Assembly (NCBI GenBank): GCA_964016885.1
Contig: OZ024740.1
Coordinates: 280,798,001 to 280,862,000 of the forward strand
Length of the DNA stretch: 64,000 bases
Source: Eledone cirrhosa
Lineage: Eukaryota
Direction of reading: 5' to 3'
In this document: positions 56,111 to 64,000 of the stretch, piece by piece
Layout of the letters: every line of letters begins with the position of its first letter
Position numbering within the stretch: the first letter of the stretch is position 1
Program-made: the position numbers and the translations under genes
The notes under the pieces: model-generated
The model's input: the letters and a program-made list of their open reading frames with translations, nothing else
Told to the model about the DNA's origin: nothing
Database searches by the model: none

Positions 56111-58633
56111 CAAAATCACTGCTCAAATGAAGAAGGATTGCATAGCCCAGTTGGTTATCTGTCAGACCACTGTACACAACCCACCTCCACCATCACCCCC
56201 TACTGGACGTAGAAAGCGCTGTGAGTTAGTCATCTAGACACAAGCTACACTATGAGAGAATTTTACAAGAGAAGGTACAAAACCTATTCCGTGTCCTTTT
56301 CTACACATTGTCATTATTGCTTACAAAATTAGAAAAAACAAACACACATAATTTACTAATACATAACTATATAGTATATGCAGTAAATCACCAGATAATA
56401 TGTTTTACGGTATTTGGTAGAGTACATCACTATTTTGCTACATTTATCCTTATTTTACATCCTTTTGCTGTTTATAAAATCACAACAATTCGGTGACTGA
56501 TAGGCTGAACTAAACGTAAATATTTCCGATGTGATGGACAATTCTATTACTGATTCCCAGTTGAGCGTAACGTATCTCCCTTCTACCATGAAAAGGAATT
56601 TAAGATCTATGTTGGGTGTTTTGATGTACTGAGTTTGAAAAAAACAACAACAAAAAAACAACAATGAATAAAAAGAAATTTTCGGTGATTCAATTCCTCG
56701 ATAAAGGTTCGATTTCTGTTGGAACAATTTCATTTAATGTAATGTCGTTGTTACTTTTTGGAAACGCATGAATGTCTCAACTCTTATTTTCCATTCCTCG
56801 TAAGTAGTCAATAAGTTTCATAATTAAAAGTCTAACAGGAAATGGAGTCAATATTTATTGAATGTAACGTCGAGTGGTTCTTAAATATTATATATATTTT
56901 TTTAGGTGTATAATGTCAGTGAGAGAAATTGTGAATAGCAAAAAGATCGAAATGTTTTTTAAGGTACTTTTAAGTGATTAGGAAAATGCTTCACTGGAGC
57001 ATAATTCCTTTGAGGAGGAGGTTATGTAGGCGTATGTATTTATGTGTGTGTGTCTGTCTGCCTGTCTCTGTGTGTCTCTGTGTGTGTCTGTGTCTGTGTG
57101 TGTGTGTCTGTGTGTGTCTGTATATGTGTATGCTGAAAATCGAAATTCAAATTAAAAGGTAATTGTTCAATTTTGGAAATATTTATGCCTGTGTGTATTG
57201 AAATTGAAACACAAACAGGCATCTTGAAATTAAAAGCAATTCGGTTGTTTAATTTTGAAAATATTCTTGTTACCGTTTGTGATAATCTAAGTACCGGGAA
57301 GATGATAGAATCGATTATTTGACACTGGCCTTACGTTTAGTGAATAAAAATCATTATTGCACTTCCCTTACGGAGATTGACCTTATTTTGTTTAATCATT
57401 TATAGCTTAGTGAAACGCCCGGTAACTCATTATTCAGTGTCCGATTGGCTATGGTACCAATCAAGTTCAGTACAAATCAATAAATAGCAATCAGTTTCGT
57501 TTCTGTCAGGAAATAACTATGTACACAGTTTATAATGTGAAATAGGCGATGAATTTCATGCGTCGAAGAAGCCAACTTCTATCAATAAATGTTTTCAAAT
57601 GCAATGTATTATGAATATGTTTGCCTGTAGGGTTTTTTTTTTTATTGTTGTTTAAAAGCTACAGCTATTTTAAAAAGAAATTATTTTCTGTTTAGATGCG
57701 CTAAAATTTTTTAGCTTCAAGAATAATTCGATATATATTTATATCTGTAGGATGAAATTTCGTAATGTTATTGGAATGAAATCCATTGCTTAGATTCACA
57801 CACTACGTAATCCAAAGGCTGACTCTTACGACACGTAGAAGAAAAAGCCCATACATCCAGAAATCATATACATACATATAGAATGCTAGAGAAATAAGAG
57901 AATGTGTGTGATGGAATTAATCCCGAAATGTTTTTTTTTTATATATCTATTTAGCAAAAATGAATAATAATTATACTTTTTCCATGATAATAAACTTAAT
58001 CGAGTCAACAAAGGTGCCTTCATGTGGTTGATCTTCTGCTAGAAATAGCAATCGAATTCTACTCAAACCACAGCTTCCCGCCATAAAATAAACTACACGT
58101 TGAATAATGTAGTTCTGGATACGTTGCTTTAAAATAAGATGAGATGGTCATGTCCGAAACACTTTTATCATAGATATGCTTAATAACTCACCTGGGAATA
58201 AAAAGCAACAACGAAAAACAAAATGTCATACATTAGTCCTCTATAATTGAATTATGTCTGTGACACAAGATTAAATTAATTATAGCAGGTATAAGTTTAA
58301 ATTTGTTCTAGATATCTAGAATAAATATATTGTTATAGGAATATAATAGACTACTCTCAGTATAGAAATATAGACTAATTCATATTCTGTGAAACTGTCT
58401 CATATATGAAACACCTGAACAACGTTTTCACAAGGCCGTGTAGATAAGGGATTCGCTTTGCAACTACGAAGTTTTGTGTTCATTCCCATTGCTTGAAACA
58501 TCTGTGAAGTGACTTCTACTAGTGTCTCGAGTTGACCAAATCCTTTTGAGTGGAACTTGGTAGAGGAAAACTGTAGCAGCCTATCGCACACACACACACA
58601 TACAAGCACACACACACACACACATACACACAC

Positions 58634-58664
<31 letters not shown>

Positions 58665-58717
58665 TATATTTTCAGCCCCATGGATTTTATCTGTTACATT
58701 CATTTATTATATTTCGA

Positions 58718-58775
58718 ATACCTGATGATGTCACCGGATTCATAATGAAGCCGGTCATTGAAATGATCATAGCAT
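58718..58775 (+). ncRNA. Type I hammerhead ribozyme
   Basis: atac CTGATGA tg..accggattcat a atgaagccggt ca.. GAAA tgatca TA gcat. Stem II is long, stem III is the palindrome ATGATCAT, and stem I has one mismatch. Confidence 0.78.
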
Positions 58776-59072
58776 AATAAACCTTTCAAGCATTTACACC
58801 AGTCCAGCCTTATAATAATAATATATATGTATATCAAGTAAAATAACGGAGCAAAGGACACGCGTATAATCCTATAATTTAATGAACTCAAAGGAAAGAG
58901 TTTTCTGGGCACTTTAAAATACAATATATAGAGAGGAAAGACACACAAGAGTGTGTTTTTCTTTACAGAAATTTCAAACCACCAGCGTGAAGAGAATATA
59001 AGCTAATAGAGGCATAGGAAAAATATTAAAATTAAAAGTATAAATTGTACACATTAAAAGTATAAATTGTAT

Positions 59073-59148
59073 ACATGTACAAACTCACCAGGAGAATGTT
59101 TCGGCATTTAAGTAGGTTCCAATTCGGCCCTGTGGGTCATCAGCATGT
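59073..59148 (-). ncRNA. Type I hammerhead ribozyme
   Basis: acatg CTGATGA ccca..tgcc GAAA ca-ttctc ctggt gagtt-tg TA catgt. Confidence 0.75.
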
Positions 59149-59208
59149 GCCAAGCCGATATTGTCCGCACTTTAGTTCTCTCTAGTAGTGCGGACAATAT
59201 CGGCCTTC

Positions 59209-59286
59209 CACATGCTGATGACACACAGGGCCGAATTGGAACCCACTTAAATGGCGAAACATTCTCCTGGTGAGTTTGTACACGTG
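59209..59286 (+). ncRNA. Type I hammerhead ribozyme (inverted twin)
   Basis: cacatg CTGATGA caca..tggc GAAA ca..tg TA cacgtg. The two-arm consensus restores stem II as cca/tgg. Confidence 0.72.
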
Positions 59287-59578
59287 TGACTTAGATATGA
59301 GGTTGGTCTCTCGTTTTAATTTATACTTTTAATTTTAATGTTTTTCCTATGCCTCTATTAGCTTATATTCTCTTCACGCTGGTGGTTTGAAATTCCTGTA
59401 AAGAAAAACACACTCTTGTGTGTCTTTCCCCTCTATATATATTGTATATATATATATATATATATATATAAATTAGAAATTAGAAATTATAAGCTTTCAC
59501 CGTATTTTAGACTAAAGGAATTTCTAGCCTGATAGTGGGGTTTATAACCCTCGCAGAAAAGGAAACAGATGAGTGTTG

Positions 59579-59648
59579 CCGTACATGGGAGTCGAACCCA
59601 CATCTTTGGTTATCCAGACCACTGTGCTACCATTACACCAATACACAT
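59579..59648 (-). other. tRNA-like Pol III head (pseudogene or SINE head)
   Basis: It has an A box tggtgtaatggtagca and a T-arm gtgggttcgactccca. The acceptor and anticodon arms are poor. Confidence 0.55.
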
Positions 59649-59667
59649 CCCATCTCCTTCCATTCGA

Positions 59668-60785
<1,118 letters not shown>

Positions 60786-60802
60786 CTTTTTTTTTTTATT
60801 TG

Positions 60803-60849
<47 letters not shown>

Positions 60850-60861
60850 TTAATATAGATG

Positions 60862-60912
60862 AGATTCTACAGGACTAGAACTGTTTCATTCTTTAGAAAT
60901 CATCAGGAACCT
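60862..60912 (-). ncRNA. Type I hammerhead ribozyme, diverged relative of 15179/17353
   Basis: aggttc CTGATGA t-ttct aa agaa-t GAAA cag ttctagtc ctg TA gaatct. Changes relative to the 15-kb copy preserve pairing. Confidence 0.88.
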
Positions 60913-61031
60913 GGGTATCAAAAAATAAATATGGTATTTATAGGTCTCTTCATCTATATTAAAACTTTTATACTCTGCAATGTATTGAGTACCTTACTTA
61001 CTGTGGTTACCTCCGATTACATACACACATA

Positions 61032-61067
<36 letters not shown>

Positions 61068-61073
61068 TGTATG

Positions 61074-61104
<31 letters not shown>

Positions 61105-61706
61105 CCCAGTACAACCTGTCTCATGGTCGGGTCGTTGGCGACTAAACTGGCAACCCCACCAAGGTTTCTTGGTGAGGAGGGTGACTTTGGACATCCTGCA
61201 GGACTAAAAACAAAACCTGTCAAAGGGCAAAGGAGCTCTTAAGAGTCAATGGCCATCCAAAATCACCGGGAGAGATGACCCCTTAGCGTTTGTCAAGGCA
61301 GAATTCTAGGAGAAGGAAAACTCTGATATAACACCTGCAACTCTGATGGTATCCAATGATGTTGACATGTTCTTCTTTTTGGTAAATATCATCTTGGTTA
61401 AGAGAGTGGGACTGGCTTTGTGCAGTGCCTTTGCTCACTATAAAAGCTTCACGGCACAGGCATTGCTTTATATCTGGAGATCTCTTTGCACTTGTCGTCA
61501 CATGGTACCATTGGCCCAGCACTATGTGTCAATAATTGTCACTAATTGTCAATAATTGTCACAAGTGTAGTGTTGTTTGTACCAGAGTTTTCAAGTCGCT
61601 GGCTGGACTAAAAAGTCACACTAGTTCAGCGCATCGGTAGGAGTTCTCCAACATGGATATAAAGTAGTGGCCGTACTCGAAAACGAGTTGGCAGCCACCA
61701 TGTATG

Positions 61707-61749
<43 letters not shown>

Positions 61750-61794
61750 GCGGTGGATTATAACACACTCGATACTTGGGGTAGTAAAGTGGTA

Positions 61795-61914
61795 ATATGA
61801 AAAGATTCAGGACCCCGACGGCTGAGCTCCGGCCGTTTCGACAGCTAGATCAGTTCGGATCTAGCTGTCGAAACGGCTGGAGCTCAGCCGTTGAGGTTCT
61901 GAATCTTTTCATAT
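61795..61914. repeat. 120-bp palindrome made of two hammerhead 3' halves
   Basis: Each arm reads cGAAA cggcy ggagctc agccg TY. The centre is gatc-agttcg-gatc and there is no CUGANGA. Confidence 0.85.
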
Positions 61915-61954
61915 ATATATATATATATATATATTCTAAAAAAAAAGTTTAAAA

Positions 61955-62200
61955 TATGTCTTGAGTCCAGAGGCTCATCAGGTCGGTGCTTTTCCCGGCA
62001 CCATTGCGTTAAACGACCGAGAGTACAATAGTCGCCCTGGATAGAACACCAGTCCATCGTAGGGTTAAAATCCCAGCTATTGCTGTTACTCATTTTCAGT
62101 TGAGTATACCGGAGCAATGTGAAATTAAGTGTTTTGCTCAAGAACACACACATAACCCAAATTTTGAAATCCAAACAGAAATTCGTTACAATGATCATAG
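61955..62200 (-). mobile_element. SINE with CORE-like and V-domain-like body
   Basis: The minus strand reads ttgagcaaaacacttaatttcacattgctc..cgatggactggtgttctatccaggg..cctgatgagcc. Confidence 0.6.
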
Positions 62201-62249
62201 CGTTAGAAAATCGGGTAAAATACTTTTAGGGGCAGTCATATATTAAATC

Positions 62250-63059
62250 GTGCGAAACCATTCTGCTAATGTGAGAGCTGATGAGGTTGAAGATGAGTGT
62301 GTGTAAACATGTCTTATATATACCTTTCTATATTTCCTCTTCTGGTCATTTCTTTCAATCTGTTCTATACTTCATCTGCCTGTCACCCACCTAGTGGATT
62401 GTTCCTCTGTTGACAACTGATCGCTGGTCTATGTCCTCTGAGGCATTTTTGCCCATCAGTCTTTGACATCATTTAGCTGCTGTAACAGCTGTTCTATTGA
62501 TGAGTTTTCTCATTTTTATATGTATTCAAATACACTCTCGCTTCGTCTTGATCAGAGACAACACTGTCTTTTTATTTAACTTATAGCTATTATTAGCTTT
62601 CTATTCAGGACAGACACCACAGCTTGATGACAACTATCCCATTATTTTTCTTTTCTTTGTTTTCTTTCGTTCTTCTATCTGTGCATTTTGTTTCATCACA
62701 CACACACCATACCAGCAGAAATACCTATTTTTTTGTTGCACGATCCAATATTTTAAAATGACACTCTCAATTATATCGAGCGAAACCATTTTGGTGGTTT
62801 GAGAGCTGATGAGGGTGAAGATTGTATGTGTGTAAACTTGTCTTGTATATCGCCTTTCTTTATTTCGTCTGTGCACCAACATACTTCCCCTTCTCTTCTT
62901 TCAATATTTTATATATTTCATCAGCCTGTCACCCACCTTGTGGATTGTCTCTGTTCACCACTGGCCGCTGGTCTCTGTCCTCTGAGACATTTTTCCCATC
63001 ACTCTCTTTGACAGCATTTAGCTGTTCTAGTGATTTTTCTCGTTTTTATATGTATATAG

Positions 63060-63060
<1 letters not shown>
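62250..63060. repeat. Diverged ~275-bp direct repeat (62252-62524 and 62780-63055)
   Basis: gcgaaaccatt..gagagctgatgagg..gcctgtcaccc..catttagctg occurs twice. Confidence 0.8.
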
Positions 63061-63103
<43 letters not shown>

Positions 63104-63125
63104 GGTGGTGTCCAGCAGAAGCAAG

Positions 63126-63178
63126 GGGACAAGCGTCTATGCATTTCAGGCTTGACTGGCCTTCGTCAGGACGGTCCC
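63126..63178 (-). ncRNA. Minimal type I hammerhead ribozyme
   Basis: gggac-cgtc CTGACGA aggc cagtcaa gcct GAAA tgca TA gacg-ctt-gtccc. Stem III is the palindrome ATGCAT and stem I is bulged and extended. Confidence 0.92.
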
Positions 63179-63295
63179 TCCCACCGCTTGCTACTGCTGC
63201 ATATAGTTTTCTCGTCTGTGTAAATGAGGTGATTAATCTCATTTGCATATGAAGCTGTATAAGTTGGCTCAACTTATAATAGAAATGTATATGCA

Positions 63296-63343
<48 letters not shown>

Positions 63344-63540
63344 AGTATGCACACGTACATACATATATGTATACAGACGCACAGTAGTATGTATATATAT
63401 ATACATACATGCACACATATATACATGTACGTATGGATTCACCGAACACTTATTATAATGCTCGATGTGTTTGTAAACAAACATCCCGCATTAAACCGTA
63501 GTGTCCAGCAACCATCGTTGCTCGTTTGTTCAACACTGAC

Positions 63541-63589
<49 letters not shown>

Positions 63590-64000
63590 AGCTGCAAACT
63601 CTGCCAAGAGTATTGCAATCGCTTGTGAGATTCTGATGTGTGACACTCGGATATGGCTTTTCAAGCCTGCTAGAGACTTGCACTCCTTCGTACGCCGACG
63701 ACAACTATGGCTCTCCCTGTCTTGAGGTCTTGTTATCAAGTTGCCTGTGAACCCTCAGAACACCGTGGAGATCATAGTTCACTGGTTCTCTTTGAACATG
63801 GCTGCGACTGTGGCTCCTGAAACCAGATGTGCTCAAGCAAAGTTTTCCACACTCAGGGCACTCCAATTCAATGGAGACACCGATCCTTTCGAGAGATACA
63901 CCAGGGCATTGCTTACGCACATCCCGTTTGATCTTTTCATGCTCTATTCGTCTATCTTCAAAATTATGGACCCCGTTATTCACCATTCCACGCCAAGTTT
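63590..64000 (-). mobile_element. RTE-like LINE C-terminus with C2H2 zinc fingers
   Basis: CPECGKLCLSTSGFRSHSRSH and ECKSLAGLKSHIRVSH. Confidence 0.7.

Larger units (their letters stand above)
58919..59447. repeat. 530-bp fold-back with back-to-back hammerheads
   Basis: The arms meet at tgtccgcact-(16 nt)-agtgcggaca and are slightly diverged. The right end runs into (TA)n. Confidence 0.92.

Noticed and set aside
62273-62930. CTGATGA motifs in the 62.2/62.8-kb repeats
   Set aside because: GAAA is missing or the stems are not conserved between the two copies.

Overview
This is an AT-rich, microsatellite-saturated eukaryotic intergenic or intronic window with no recognisable host gene. The SINE families and the (TA)n/(CA)n load suggest an octopus-like cephalopod, which is an inference. 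Protein-coding remnants are all transposon-derived: Penelope-like GIY-YIG fragments (one Naiad-type), Helitron Rep and helicase pieces, a Chapaev3-like transposase, a Tx1/L1-like LINE with an internal deletion, and RTE, R4/Dong-like and CRE-like fragments. Many tRNA-derived SINEs are also present. The main signal the ORF track does not explain is RNA-structural. By eye I find about 14 well-formed and 4 degenerate type I hammerhead ribozyme motifs from about 11 unrelated sequence families. Many have a palindromic stem III, and several carry the compensatory U3-A8 core (UUGANAA). They sit in short non-coding modules embedded in (TA)n tracts and arranged as fold-back palindromes (0.1-2.9 kb) or partial tandem repeats. 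This looks like a diverse population of TA-associated, ribozyme-bearing, Penelope-derived mini-elements. All folds and coordinates were read manually, so boundaries of degenerate elements are approximate and no activity has been shown.
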